A DNA stretch of 64,000 bases from an uncultured Actinomycetes bacterium (GCA_963753695.1 CAVWDG010000015.1:9178-73177), one strand, 5' to 3'. Counted from the stretch's first letter, positions 31,374 through 42,260 are shown. Numbers and translations are program-made. The notes: generated by a model not told the origin, from the sequence alone.

Positions 31374-32860
31374 CAGCGCGCGTCGTCGTCGGTGGGGGTG
31401 GCGCCGCCGGGAGCCGGCGGCGTCGGGGAGTCCGCGGTCGCTGCGGCCGAGCCGCTTGGGGCCGACGGCGTCGAGGCGTCGGCAGTCGGTACGGCCGAGC
31501 CGCTCGGGGCCGGCGGCGTCAGGATGGCTTCGGCTACGCGCTCGAGGCGCATGGCGCGCGACGCCTTGACGAGGACCGCACTGCCGGGGGCGATCGCCCC
31601 CGGCAGTGCTTCGAGACACTCCTCGACCGTCGGGTACCACGTGCCGCCCGGAGCGGTGAGGTAGTCGCGTGAGAGCACGCCGACCGCCAGCACGCGCACG
31701 CCCTTGGCGTCGGCGTAGCGGCCCACCTCGCGATGGAACCCCGATGCGCCCGAGCCGAGCTCGAACATGTCGCCGAGCACGGCCACGCGAGGGCGCTCGC
31801 CGGCCACGGTGCAGAGGTGATCGATGGCGGCCTTCATGGAGAGCGGGTTGGCGTTGTAGGCGTCGTTCAACAGCAGGCCGCCGCGGGGCAGCTCTTCGAG
31901 CTTGCCGCGCAGGGCCGAGAAGACCACCGAGGCGGCGCCGGGCTTGGCCTCTTCGAGGGTGTAGCCCAGGGCGATGAAGGCGGCGATGGCTGCCAGGGCG
32001 TCCTGCAGGTAGTGGCCGCCGCTGAAGGGAAAGTCGAAGGCCGCGCGCCGGCCGAAGGCGTCGATCAGCGCGTGGGTACCGAAGCCGCGCGGCTGGGCTT
32101 CGGCGACGCAGACGTTGGCGCCCTCGCCGCCGAAGGTCACGAGGCGACCGGTGTGATAGCGCAGGTGGGGCTCGAGCAGCGCTTCGTTGGCGGGCACCAC
32201 GAGGGCGCCCTTGCCCACCTCGGCGATGATCTCGGCCTTGGCCGCGGCGACCCCCTCGATGCTGCCCACGTGCTCAAGGTGCACCGGGGCGATGTTGGTG
32301 ATGACGCCCACGTCGGGTCGCACGATGGCGGCAAGCTGGGCGATCTGGCCGGGGCCGCGCATGGCCAGCTCGCAGACGAGCACCTCGGTGCTCGGCTCGA
32401 GCTCGAACACGGTGAGCGGCACGCCGATCTCGTTGTTGAAATTGCCGCTGGTCGCCACCACGCGCGCCACCGGCGCGAGCAGGGCGGCGAGCACGTCTTT
32501 GGTCGAGGTCTTACCGACGCTGCCGGTGATCGCCACGACCGCGGCGCCGGAACGGCGCCGCACCGCCGCGGCCAGGTCGCCGAGCGCCCGTTGACCGTCG
32601 TCGACCACGATGCGCGGCGCGCCGGCGCGCAGGGTCGCCGCCGTGCGCGCGGTGACCACCACGGCGACCGCGCCGGCGCCGAGCGCCTCGGTGGCGAATT
32701 CGCCGCCATCGAAGGCCTCGCCGTGCAGCGCCACGAACAGGTCGCCGGGCTTGACCAGCCGGCTGTCGATCGCCACGCCGGTGGCCAGCGCCTGCGAGTC
32801 GCCGGCTTCGAGCACGCCGCGGCAGGCGGCCGTGACGGCTTCGAGGGTAAGGGGGATCAC
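31373..32860 (-). CDS. murF: UDP-MurNAc-tripeptide--D-Ala-D-Ala ligase
   Basis: IDSR, ITGSVGKTSTK, NFNNEIGVP, NDAYNANP, LGDMFELG, VKASR. Confidence 0.97.
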   Translation of the reverse strand: MIPLTLEAVTAACRGVLEAGDSQALATGVAIDSRLVKPGDLFVALHGEAFDGGEFATEALGAGAVAVVVTARTAATLRAGAPRIVVDDGQRALGDLAAAVRRRSGAAVVAITGSVGKTSTKDVLAALLAPVARVVATSGNFNNEIGVPLTVFELEPSTEVLVCELAMRGPGQIAQLAAIVRPDVGVITNIAPVHLEHVGSIEGVAAAKAEIIAEVGKGALVVPANEALLEPHLRYHTGRLVTFGGEGANVCVAEAQPRGFGTHALIDAFGRRAAFDFPFSGGHYLQDALAAIAAFIALGYTLEEAKPGAASVVFSALRGKLEELPRGGLLLNDAYNANPLSMKAAIDHLCTVAGERPRVAVLGDMFELGSGASGFHREVGRYADAKGVRVLAVGVLSRDYLTAPGGTWYPTVEECLEALPGAIAPGSAVLVKASRAMRLERVAEAILTPPAPSGSAVPTADASTPSAPSGSAAATADSPTPPAPGGATPTDDDAR

Positions 32861-34401
32861 GAGGCTTCGCCCTCGTCGTCGGCGAGCGCGGGGCCGGCGA
32901 AGCCGAGCCGCGCGAGCTCGTCGGCGGCGACCTCGCGGTCGTCGAAGTGGATCGTCTCGGAGCCCAGGATCTGGTAGGGCTCGTGGCCCTTGCCGGCGAT
33001 CACCAGGCCGTCGCCGGGGCGCGCCGCGTGCAGCGCCAGGCGGATGGCGGCGCGCCGGTCGGGTTCGACCACGACGTGGTCGCGCTGCTCGGGCGGGATG
33101 CCGGCGACCACCTCGGCGATGATCGCCAGGGGGTCTTCGCTGCGTGGGTTGTCGGAGGTGAGCACGGCGAAGTCGGCCAGCTCGGCGGCGACCGCCCCCA
33201 TGAGCGGGCGTTTGCCGCGATCGCGGTCGCCGCCGCAGCCGAACACCGTGAGCAGGCGCCCGCCGGTGACCGCGCGCACCGCGCGCAGCACGTTGGCCAG
33301 CGAGTCGGGCGTGTGCGAGTAGTCGACCAGAACGCTGAAGGGCTGACCGCCGCGCACCGGCTCGACGCGCCCCGGCACGCCGGCCGAGCCGGCCAGGCCG
33401 GCGCGCACGGCCGCGATCGGCACGCCCATGGCCAGCGCAGCCGTCGCCGCGGCCGTGGCGTTGGCTACGTTGAAGCGTGCCGGGATGCCTATGCCGAGCC
33501 GCTCGCGCAGGCCGAGGCGCGGCGAGACCAGCGTGAAGTCGGAGCGCTCGGCCGAGAGCTCAAGGTCGGCAGCCAGGCAGTCGACCTCGCCGGCGCCTTC
33601 GAGCTCGTCGCCTGCCAGCGCGAAGGTCCACAGGTCGGCGCCGTAGGGCGCGCGGCAGTCGTCGATCAGCAGGCGGCCGTGCCCGTCGCCTGCGTTGACG
33701 ACCGCGGTCGCTCCGGGGCGGCGGCGTTCGTCGGGCAGAAAGAGCGAACGCTTGGCGGCGAAGTAGTGGTCGAGCGTGGGATGAAAGTCGAGGTGGTCGC
33801 GCGAAAGGTTGGTGAAGGTCACCGAGTCGAACTCGATGCCGGCGGTGCGTTCGAGGGCGAGGGCGTGCGACGAGGCCTCCATGACGCACGACAGGTCGCC
33901 GCCGTCGACCATCTCGCGAAACAGGCGCTGCAGCTCCATCGAGTCGGGCGTGGTGAGCTTGGTGGGACGCTCGACGCCGGCGATGCGATTGACCACCGTA
34001 CCCAGCAGCGCCGGCCGCAGGCCGGCGGCGGCGAGGATGGCGGCCAACAGGTGGGCGGTCGTCGTCTTGCCGTTGGTGCCGGTCACCGCGGCGACCCGCA
34101 GCTCGCGCGTGGGCTCGCCGTAGAAGCGCGCCGACAGCAGGGCCATGGCGCGCCGCGCGCCGGGCACGAGGAGCTGGGTGACGGGCAGCGGCAGGGAGCG
34201 CTCGCACACGAGGGCCGCGGCGCCGGCCGCGACCGCCTCGGGGGCGAAGTCGTGGCCGTCGGCCTTCAGTCCGGGGATGCAGAAAAAGAGGGAGCCGGCG
34301 ACGACGTCGCGGGTGTTGCATGCGAGCGATCCGATCTCGACGTCGGGATCGCCGTCGATGCGACCTGTGCTAAGGCCGAAGGCGAGAGCGGCTAGGTTCA
34401 T
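32857..34401 (-). CDS. murE: UDP-MurNAc-dipeptide--meso-DAP ligase
   Basis: VTGTNGKTT, MEASSH, DHLDFH, DYSHTPD, DNPR (DAP-type), AGKGHE. Confidence 0.97.
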   Translation of the reverse strand: MNLAALAFGLSTGRIDGDPDVEIGSLACNTRDVVAGSLFFCIPGLKADGHDFAPEAVAAGAAALVCERSLPLPVTQLLVPGARRAMALLSARFYGEPTRELRVAAVTGTNGKTTTAHLLAAILAAAGLRPALLGTVVNRIAGVERPTKLTTPDSMELQRLFREMVDGGDLSCVMEASSHALALERTAGIEFDSVTFTNLSRDHLDFHPTLDHYFAAKRSLFLPDERRRPGATAVVNAGDGHGRLLIDDCRAPYGADLWTFALAGDELEGAGEVDCLAADLELSAERSDFTLVSPRLGLRERLGIGIPARFNVANATAAATAALAMGVPIAAVRAGLAGSAGVPGRVEPVRGGQPFSVLVDYSHTPDSLANVLRAVRAVTGGRLLTVFGCGGDRDRGKRPLMGAVAAELADFAVLTSDNPRSEDPLAIIAEVVAGIPPEQRDHVVVEPDRRAAIRLALHAARPGDGLVIAGKGHEPYQILGSETIHFDDREVAADELARLGFAGPALADDEGEAS

Positions 34402-34433
34402 GCGGGCCGATGATACCAGAAACCACGGCGCCC

Positions 34434-36182
34434 TCACGGAGCGATCTCGAGACGCTGCAGGGCGTAGCCCGCGATCTGCGAGAAGGCGGGCGCGGCCACC
34501 GTCCCGCCCCAGTAGGGGTGCGGCTGATCCACCACCACCGCGACCACGAGCTGCGGGTCGCGGGCCGGCACCATACCGATGAACGAGGCGACGTAGTTGG
34601 TCTTGGAGTAGCCGCCGCCGTTGGGCAGCGGCTTCTGCGCGGTGCCGGTCTTGCCGGCGACCGTGTAGCCGGGGATCTGGGCCAGCTGGCCGGTGCCGTC
34701 GGCGACCACATCGGACAGCATGTTGCGCACTTCCCGGCGACCGCGGCGATCACGATGCGCCGGACCGGTGTAGCTTGAGGTGTCGCCCACCTTCGCGATC
34801 AGGACGCGGCATCATGGCGCTGCCGTTGGCGTTGGCCCCGTAGGCGGCCACCATCTGCAGCGGCGTCACCGAGATGCCCTCGCCCATGGGCACGTTGCCG
34901 ATCGTCGTGACCACCATTTGTCGCCGGGCAGCACGAGCCCTGCGCCTCGCCGGGAAAGTCGATGCCGGTGAGCTTGCCGAAGCCGAAACGCCCGATCCAG
35001 TCGAGCAGGCGCTGCTTGCCCAGCTTCTCGCCGATCGTCACCGCGCCGATGTTGCTCGACTTGGCGAGGATCTCGGCCACGGTCATGCGCTCGGTGCCGC
35101 GCACCTCGGCGTCGTGGATGACGCGGTCGCCGACCTGCAGAGCGGGCGGCAGCACAAACGAGGAGCTCTGCTCGACGACACCGTCGGAGAGCGCGCCGGC
35201 GACCGTGACCATCTTGAAGGTCGAGCCGGGTTCGTAGCTGTAGATGACGGCCTTGTTGCCCTGCTGCGCCGGAGAGGCCCCAAAGCGGTTGGCGTTCACC
35301 AGCGGCACGTTTGAGATCGAGTAGATCTCGCCGGTCTTGGGGTTCTCGACGACCGCCGTGCCGCCCTTGGCGTGGAACTCTTTCACCGTGGCGGCCAGCA
35401 CGTGGTCGGCCATGAGCTGGATGGCGTTGTCGAGGGTGAGGCGCACGGTGTGGCCGGCCTTGGGCTGCACCGACTGCATGACCTGCAGAGCCTGGCCCTC
35501 GGGGTCTTGCACGATGACCTGGTGGCCGGCCGTGCCGGCCAGAGCGGCGTTGTCGCGATACTCGATGCCGGCCAGTCCCTGCCCTCGGTGCCGGCTAGCC
35601 CACGACCTGGGCGGCGGCGGTGCCGAGCGGGTAGCGCGCTTCTCTTCGGAGTAGTCGGCGACACCCGGCAGGCCGAGCGCCACGGCCTTGTCGGCGAGCA
35701 CCGGCGAGGCCTGGCGGGCGACGTAGGCAAAGCCGCTCTTGTGGTCAGAGGCGCGATACACGCCGCGCCACTTGATGTGGAGCGTCGCGGCGAGTCGCTT
35801 GGCAGCCGTGACCGGGTCGCTCAGCATGTAGGGGGTGGCGTAGACGGTCTTGGCGTCCTGGGCGACCGCAAAGGCCACGCCGTTGCGGTCGAGGATGGCG
35901 CCGCGGCGGGCGGGCAGCACCACGGTGCGCACCTGCTGCTCGCGGGCGAGGCGGCCAGGTGACCCTGGCCGGCGGCGAAGGCGACCGCCTTGCCGCCGAT
36001 GGCGACGAAGGCGACGACAAAGACGACGCGCAGCAGGCGCATGCGCCCGTCGAAGCGTGCGGCGCACCTGGCCGCGGCCGGTGCGAGGCCGGCGGGACGG
36101 CCGGCAAGCCGAGCCGCCGCGGGGTCCGCGCGTGCCCGAGCCACCCCCCTGTGGAGCGCCGGAGGACGCCAGGGGCTGCCAC
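34434..36182 (-). CDS. ftsI: Class B penicillin-binding protein FtsI (multiple frameshifts; start approximate)
   Basis: ARRGAILDRNG, YEPGSTFK, SSN, GKTGTAQK recovered across frames. Confidence 0.88.
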
Positions 36183-36575
36183 GGCTTGCCGGGCGGGGGC
36201 GGCGCGCACGTACGGACGTACGTCGGCTCGAGACGATCAGGTGGTAGCGGTGGGCCACGTTACGGATGCGGCGCTGACGAAGGCTGGCCGCGGTCTCACC
36301 GAGCTGCTGGTTCTGGGCGGCCACGGCGTGGTACCTGGTGGCCACGGCGTCGGTCTGCAGGGTCTTCTGCACGACGGCGAAGCTCAGCGCCACGCGCCCC
36401 ACCGACAGCATGGCGAGCAGCACGCCGAACACGACGAGCTGCCGCATGAGGGGTCGCCGGTTGGAGCGCGGCCGACGGGCTGGGCCCGGACGGCGTTGCG
36501 GGGCGGCGACAGGCGGCGCTGGGGCTCGCGTTCAGGCGCCGGGAGTGCTCGTGCCGGCGCGCCGGCGGCGGCCAT
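36170..36575 (-). CDS. ftsL: FtsL-like cell division protein (frameshifted; ends approximate)
   Basis: Basic N-terminus, one TM helix, coiled coil (AQNQQL..); canonical position between rsmH and ftsI. Confidence 0.6.
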
Positions 36576-36578
36576 TCC

Positions 36579-37513
36579 TCAGACCCCCAGCTTGACCGCC
36601 GCGCGCAGCTTGGCCGCTTTCGCGCCGCGGATTTCTGTCGATCTCCCGCGTGCGCGGGGATCACCGGTTTCCTGGTGAGGACGCGCATCGTGGGCTCGTG
36701 GCCGCAGACGCAGATGGGCAGGCCGGGCGGGCAGATGCAGCCGGCGGCGTGGCCCTTAAAGAACTCCTTGACGGTGCGGTCTTCGAGCGAGTGGAACGAG
36801 ATCGCCGCCATGCGACCGCCGGGCCGCAGCACGCGATACGCCTCTTCTAAGCCGCGGGCCAGCGACTCAAGCTCGTTGTTGACCTTGATGCGCAGCGCCT
36901 GAAAGACGCGGCGCGCCGGGTTGCCGGCGGCAAAGCGCGCCGGCGTGGGGATGGCGCACTTGATCACGTCGACCAGCTGCCCGGTGGTCTCGAAGGGCTG
37001 CTTGGCGCGCTGGCGTTCGATGCGGCGCGCGATGTCGTGGGCGTAGCGCTCTTCGCCGTAGCGGCGGAAGATGTCGGTAAGCTCGTCGACCGTCAGCGTG
37101 TTCACGAGGTCGGCGGCGGTCTCACCCTGCGAGGGGTCCATGCGCATGTCGAGGGGCGCGTCCCAGGCGTACGAGAAGCCGCGTTCGCGGCGGTCGAGCT
37201 GCATCGACGAGACGCCGAGGTCCATGTAGACGATGTCGACCGAGGCGTCGGCCCGCTCGGCCAGCACCTCGGCGAAGTTGCCGTGGAAGAGTTCGGTGCG
37301 GCAGGGCGCCTCGCGCGCCAGGTCGCGGAAGTACTCGGCGACGCTGGGGTCGCGGTCGCAGGCGATCAGCAGGCCGTCGGCGCCCAGGCGCTCGGCGACG
37401 GCGGCGGCGTGGCCGCCCGCGCCGAACGTGGCGTCGAACGCGGTCTCGCCGGGAGCCGGCTTGAGCAGGTCTACCAGCTCATCGAGCAGGACCGGGGTGT
37501 GAGCCAGGGCCAT
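36579..37513 (-). CDS. rsmH: 16S rRNA m4C1402 methyltransferase (C-terminal frameshift)
   Basis: HTPVLL, DATFGAGGH, DLGVSSMQLD, FQALRIKVNNEL, ISFHSLEDR. Confidence 0.95.
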
Positions 37514-37520
37514 CTCATAC

Positions 37521-37962
37521 TCACTGACGTGAAAGTTGGTCTGCGGCAGCATCGGCCCCCTCCTCCATCTGCTTGCGATACTTCGCCCACGCCCCACGGT
37601 CCCAGATCTCGATGTGGTCACCGGCGCCGATGATGGTGACGTCTTTCGAGACTGCGGCGAACGAAAGCAGGTTCGCCGGGACGGTGATGCGCCCCTGACG
37701 GTCGAGCACGTCGCTGGTGCCCGCGGCGAAGATGAAGCGCCTGACCTCTCTGCCCTTCTCGCTCATCGCCGGCAGGTCTTGGGTCTGCTCGGCGACGAAG
37801 GCGTCCCACTGTTCGGGCGGATAGGCGGCGAGGCAGCGATTCGAAGCCCCGAGTGAGGTAGACGCCTTCGGCAAAGGCGGCCCGCAGGCGTGCGGGTATC
37901 GCGACGCGATTCTTGGCGTCGAGCGTGAAATCGAATTCCCCCAAAAGCACCGAGCGCTGCAT
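37521..37962 (-). CDS. mraZ: Transcriptional regulator MraZ (frameshift near 37840)
   Basis: GEFDFTLDAKNRVAIPARLR, then LDRQGRITVP..IGAGDHIEIWD in the second frame. Confidence 0.9.
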
Positions 37963-37965
37963 GGT

Positions 37966-37992
37966 CGCCACTCTACCCCACTATTCCCCACC
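37966..37992 (-). promoter_or_regulatory. MraZ binding repeats
   Basis: GTGGGGAATAGTGGGGTAGAGTGGCG: three GTGG boxes at a 10-bp period just upstream of mraZ. Confidence 0.8.
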
Positions 37993-38272
37993 ATGCAACA
38001 CTTTTCTGATAATCCTCCCCACCTCGCAACATTTGTTCTCCACGGCCCGTCACCGCGCTGCAAAGCGCGGCCGGCGGCCGTCAGGCGGGGGTGCGAGGAG
38101 CGGGTCGATCTCGAGGGGACGATGGTGGGCGCGGGGCGTCGGGCGCGGCAGAGTAGGGTGCACGGCGCTGCGAGCCGCGCCGCGCTCGCCGGTCGGGCAG
38201 GCGGCTGCGCCGCGGGAGGCCGTGCGCTTGGGGCGGCGCGAGTGCGCCAGGGTGAGCCGCCCCGCGTGGGCC

Positions 38273-38935
38273 TTACTTGAGCCTCGGCACCTTCAGCTTC
38301 TGGCCGATCGCGAGCGTGCTCGTGCTGGCTTTGGGGTTGAGGGCCAGCAGCGCGCCGAGGGTGAGGTTGTACTTGGCGGCGATCGTCGACATGGTATCGC
38401 CCTTCTTGACGTGGTAGTAGACGTACTTCGACTTGCCCTTGATGGGCGACGTCGAGGTGACCGGATGGCTGGCCGCCGGCGCTGGCTTGTTGCCCAGCAG
38501 GCCCGAGTGCACGCCGAGCGTGACCACGGCGATGATCGCCGCCAGCAGCACCACCGGGGCGGCGATGCGCGGCCACGACAGGCCGGTGCGCCGCGGGCGC
38601 GGCCGCCCGGCGCGCACGCGCGGCGGCGCGGGGGCCGCCGGCATCGGTGCGTCGAGCCAGTCGCGGGCGCCGTCTGGGGCGACCCTGGTGGGGTCGGCGC
38701 CCTGGCGACGGCCCGGCCCGCTCTGCTGCAGCACGACCGTCGAGTCGAGGTCGGGCGCGCCGCCGTGACGGTCGGCGTCTGAGCCGGCCGGGCCGCGCCG
38801 GCCCGGCTGGGCGCCGCGCGTGCGGGCGAGCTCGTCGTCTGCGCCGAGCGGGTCGTCGTCGATGGGCGGCCAGAGCGGGCCGGTCGCCCCGGGGTCGCCG
38901 CCGGGCAGGCTGCGCCGAGTCTTGTCGTCGTCCAT
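38273..38935 (-). CDS. Membrane-anchored LysM domain protein
   Basis: TM helix then YHVKKGDTMSTIAAKYNLTLGALLALNP...IGQKLKVP. Confidence 0.9.
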   Translation of the reverse strand: MDDDKTRRSLPGGDPGATGPLWPPIDDDPLGADDELARTRGAQPGRRGPAGSDADRHGGAPDLDSTVVLQQSGPGRRQGADPTRVAPDGARDWLDAPMPAAPAPPRVRAGRPRPRRTGLSWPRIAAPVVLLAAIIAVVTLGVHSGLLGNKPAPAASHPVTSTSPIKGKSKYVYYHVKKGDTMSTIAAKYNLTLGALLALNPKASTSTLAIGQKLKVPRLK

Positions 38936-39849
38936 CAGAAGCCCCCGATCGCGTCGCGCATCTCGGCAGCCGCGGCGGCAGCGGCGCTCCGGTAGTCGCC
39001 GCCGCGTTCCCGCCAGGCGTAGATGATGGATCGTGATGCGTTGACCACGTAGCCCCGCGCGTCGCCCGAGGCGAGGCCGGCAAGGGCCTCGGGGCCGGCA
39101 CCCTGGGCGCCGAAGCCCGGCACCAGCAGGAAGGCGCGCGGCAGGGCGGCGCGCACGGCGGCAAGCGACGTGGGAGCGGTGGCGCCGGCCACCGCTCCCA
39201 CGTCGCTGTACCCGTGCGAGCCCACGTGCGCCGCGCCGAGGCGGGCGATCATGTCGGTCACGTGCAGGTAGAGGGGTCGTCCGTCGCTGTCGCGCTCCTG
39301 CAGGCTCGCCGCGCCCGGGTTGCTGGTGCGGGCCAGCACGAACACGCCCTTGCCCTCGTCGCAGCGCTCGAGGAACGGCGCGAGGGCGTCGTCGCCGAGG
39401 TAGGGATTTACGGTGACCGCGTCGGCCGCGAGGCCGGGCAGCGGCGCGCCGGTAAGGCCGGGCGCGCCGCCGAACACGGCGGCGGCGTAGGCGGCCGAGG
39501 TCGATCCTATGTCACCGCGCTTGGCGTCGAGGATGACCGGCAGGTCGTGTTCGTGGGCGCAGGCCACAACGCGCCGCAGCGCGTCCCAGCCGGGGGCGCC
39601 GTACTGCTCGAAGAAGGCTGCCTGGGGCTTGATGACGGCGGCGACGTCGGCGACCGCGTCGATCAGGCCGCTCGCGAACTCGGCGAAGCAGGCCGCCACC
39701 GCACCGGCGTCGCCCAGCTCGCCGACGCGCGCGGCATACGAGGCGCGCAGGTCGTCGGGCAGCCGCGTGAGGTCGGGGTCGATGCCCACGCACACCACGC
39801 TGCGCCTGCTCAAGATGCTGTCGGCGAGTCTGTCTGAGAAGTTCGTCAT
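38935..39849 (-). CDS. pyrF: Orotidine-5'-phosphate decarboxylase
   Basis: CVGIDP, KPQAAFFE, LDAKRGDIGST, LVPGFGAQG, NASRSI. Confidence 0.95.
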   Translation of the reverse strand: MTNFSDRLADSILSRRSVVCVGIDPDLTRLPDDLRASYAARVGELGDAGAVAACFAEFASGLIDAVADVAAVIKPQAAFFEQYGAPGWDALRRVVACAHEHDLPVILDAKRGDIGSTSAAYAAAVFGGAPGLTGAPLPGLAADAVTVNPYLGDDALAPFLERCDEGKGVFVLARTSNPGAASLQERDSDGRPLYLHVTDMIARLGAAHVGSHGYSDVGAVAGATAPTSLAAVRAALPRAFLLVPGFGAQGAGPEALAGLASGDARGYVVNASRSIIYAWRERGGDYRSAAAAAAAEMRDAIGGF

Positions 39850-39921
39850 CTCACCTGACTGATTGCCCGGCCGGCGGCGAAGTCCTGCTCGCCGGCGCTC
39901 CCCCCGATCGCGACGACGCCT

Positions 39922-40668
39922 TCAGGCGAACGGCGAGTCGTCGGACAAGTCGTCGAGCGCGCTCAGGCCGTCGTCGTCGGTCTCGTCGGCTGCCTTGGGC
40001 GTTTCGGGCGCCTCGGACGCCGCCGCCGCCTGTTGTTGGGCCTGGAAGGCGCGCACGTTCTTGCGGATGGTGTTCAGCCGCGCGCGGATGTAGTCGCGCG
40101 ACGAATCGGCGGTGCGGGCCGGCTCCTCGCGCTCCTCGAGCTTCTCGGATTCGGCCTGCATCTGGCGCAGGACGTCCATGAGCTGGGAGTCGTCCATGGC
40201 GGTGAGCGTGTTCAGGTCGTACTTCATGACCTTGCTCGAGGCGTCGTGCACGGCCGTGAGCTTGGAGCGCACCACCGGGTTGAACACCGCGCTGGGGTCG
40301 ACCTGCGCGGTGATCGCATCGACGTCCCTGATCCAATCCTCTTCGCTGGCCCCCGCCTTGGGCGTGATCTTGATCTGGCCGTCGTCGGTCTCTTCGATGC
40401 GGTCGATCGACAGGTAGGCGCGCAGGAAGCCCTCGGTGAAGGCGACCGGTACGGTGGCCGCGTAGACGATGACCTGGAGGATCTCGGCGGCGAACTGCGT
40501 GAAGCTGCCGGTGTGCAGGTAGCTGTCTTCGATCAGGCCGAGCAACATCGACTTGAGATACGGGTCGGCGCCCTGGGCGGGCAGGTTGCGCTTTGCCCGC
40601 GCGTCGTCTGCCTGCCGGCCGCCCGGCGCTGCCTGTTTGTTGGCGTCGGACTCCGATGTGTCTGCCAT
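39922..40668 (-). CDS. Hypothetical acidic helical protein
   Basis: 248-aa ORF with coding-like composition and GGGGAG RBS; no recognised motif. Confidence 0.75.
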   Translation of the reverse strand: MADTSESDANKQAAPGGRQADDARAKRNLPAQGADPYLKSMLLGLIEDSYLHTGSFTQFAAEILQVIVYAATVPVAFTEGFLRAYLSIDRIEETDDGQIKITPKAGASEEDWIRDVDAITAQVDPSAVFNPVVRSKLTAVHDASSKVMKYDLNTLTAMDDSQLMDVLRQMQAESEKLEEREEPARTADSSRDYIRARLNTIRKNVRAFQAQQQAAAASEAPETPKAADETDDDGLSALDDLSDDSPFA

Positions 40669-40800
40669 CTCACTCCCCCGAGCACTCGCCGTCGACTCGG
40701 CAACCTTACTCCAAGGCCGAAAGGCATGACAATCTTGGGCCCGGCCGTGCGGCGGCGAGGCTGCCGCGAGCGCCGGCGTTTCGGGTAGGCTGACGACGCT

Positions 40801-41733
40801 ATGGACGAACCCGAGCTGATCCTGCGCGGCGCCGACACCCTGGCCGCCGCGCTGCGCGCCGTGGCGGCCGCGCCGCGGGCCACCGCGCTGTTCTGCGACA
40901 TCGACGGCACCGTCTCGCCGATCGTCTCCGACCCTTACAAGGCCGTGGTCGCCGAGCCGTTTCGCGCGGCGCTCGCCGCGCTCGCGCCGCGCCTGGGGCT
41001 ACTGGCCTTCGTCACCGGCCGCGACGTGCGTCAAGCCGCCGCCATAGTCGGCCTCAAGGGCGTGGCGTACGTCGGCCTGCACGGCTTCGACCGCATGGCG
41101 CCCGACGGCGCCGTCACGCGCGACCCCACCGCCCAGCCGTACGTCGAGGCGGTGCAGCGCATGGCGCGCCGCGTGCGCGGCCTCGACGCGGCGCGACTCG
41201 GCCTGGTGGTCGAGAACAAAGGCCCCATGCTCGATATGCACTACCGCCAGGCGGCCGACCCCGACGCCACCCTGGCCGAGCTCGAGACCGAGGTGCTGCG
41301 GCCGGCGCGCGACCTCGGCCTGGCGGTCGCGACCGGCCACTTTCTGGTCGAACTGCGACCGCCCGTGGCGATCGACAAGGGCACGGCGGTGCTGAGTCTC
41401 CTGCGCTCAGGCGCCGGCGACGGCGCCGCGCCGCTGCGCACGGCGATCTTTCTGGGCGACGACCTCACCGACTGCACCGGATTTGCCGCCGTCCACGACT
41501 GGGCGCGGGAGGGCGAGGGCGAGGCGGCGGGCGGCGCGTCAAGCGGCAGCGGCGCGACAGACGGCAGCGCGGGCGGGCGCGGCGTAAACCCGGCGCAGCG
41601 CACCGCGCTCGCCGTCGCCGCCCTCACCGACGAGACGCCGCAACAGGTCAAAGACGGCGCCGACGTCTGGGTGACAGCCACGCCTGGCATCTTCCAGGTG
41701 CTCACCGAGTTGCTCGAGGCGACCCGGGCCTAA
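40801..41733 (+). CDS. otsB: Trehalose-6-phosphate phosphatase (HAD family)
   Basis: CDIDGT, VTGR, GLHG, ENKG..MHYR, ELRP..DKG, LGDDLTD. Confidence 0.9.
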   Translation: MDEPELILRGADTLAAALRAVAAAPRATALFCDIDGTVSPIVSDPYKAVVAEPFRAALAALAPRLGLLAFVTGRDVRQAAAIVGLKGVAYVGLHGFDRMAPDGAVTRDPTAQPYVEAVQRMARRVRGLDAARLGLVVENKGPMLDMHYRQAADPDATLAELETEVLRPARDLGLAVATGHFLVELRPPVAIDKGTAVLSLLRSGAGDGAAPLRTAIFLGDDLTDCTGFAAVHDWAREGEGEAAGGASSGSGATDGSAGGRGVNPAQRTALAVAALTDETPQQVKDGADVWVTATPGIFQVLTELLEATRA

Positions 41734-42074
41734 CGCCCGGGCGGTTCCACGAGACACCCGCAACCCTTGGCGCGCAGCAGCTCGCGCTGGCGCTCGGGCG
41801 CGTCGACGTAGACGTCTTGCACGGCAGCGCCGCTCGCCAGCGCCGGGTCGAGCCGCGAGGCGTGCCGGTAGCCGCGCCGGGTCATCTCGGCGACGAGCGC
41901 GTCGTGGCGCCCGTACAGCGCCGCCAGCTTGCCCTCCCAGCGCCTGGTCTCGGGGTGCGCGCGGTAGCCGCGCTTGTCCTGGGTAAGGATGCTCCACACG
42001 GCGTGCAGTTCGCGGTGCTCGCCGAGCAGATGGGCGCGGCACAGGCAGGCCGGATCGAGATCCCAGATGCGCAT
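41730..42074 (-). CDS. Pyrimidine dimer DNA glycosylase / T4 endonuclease V family
   Basis: MRIWDLDPACLCRAHLLGEHRELHAVW..HPETRRW..EMTRRGYRH. Confidence 0.85.
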   Translation of the reverse strand: MRIWDLDPACLCRAHLLGEHRELHAVWSILTQDKRGYRAHPETRRWEGKLAALYGRHDALVAEMTRRGYRHASRLDPALASGAAVQDVYVDAPERQRELLRAKGCGCLVEPPGR

Positions 42075-42179
42075 GACACCCTCTTCCCCGCCGCCCGGCG
42101 CCCGACGAACCGACTTGCGCGCGCCGTGGGCCGGGTGCCGGGCGCCGGGCGAACGGCTCCCCGGCGGCGGAGCCGCCAC

Positions 42180-42260
42180 CCGGCGAGCGACGGTCCGGCG
42201 AGCGACCACGCGGCGCGCGACCTTCCGGCGAGCGACCACGCGGCGCGCGACCTTCCGGCG
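42180..42260. repeat. 15/30-bp tandem repeat just after the enoyl-CoA hydratase stop
   Basis: CCGGCGAGCGACCACGCGGCGCGCGACCTT repeated twice plus degenerate half-units. Confidence 0.8.
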
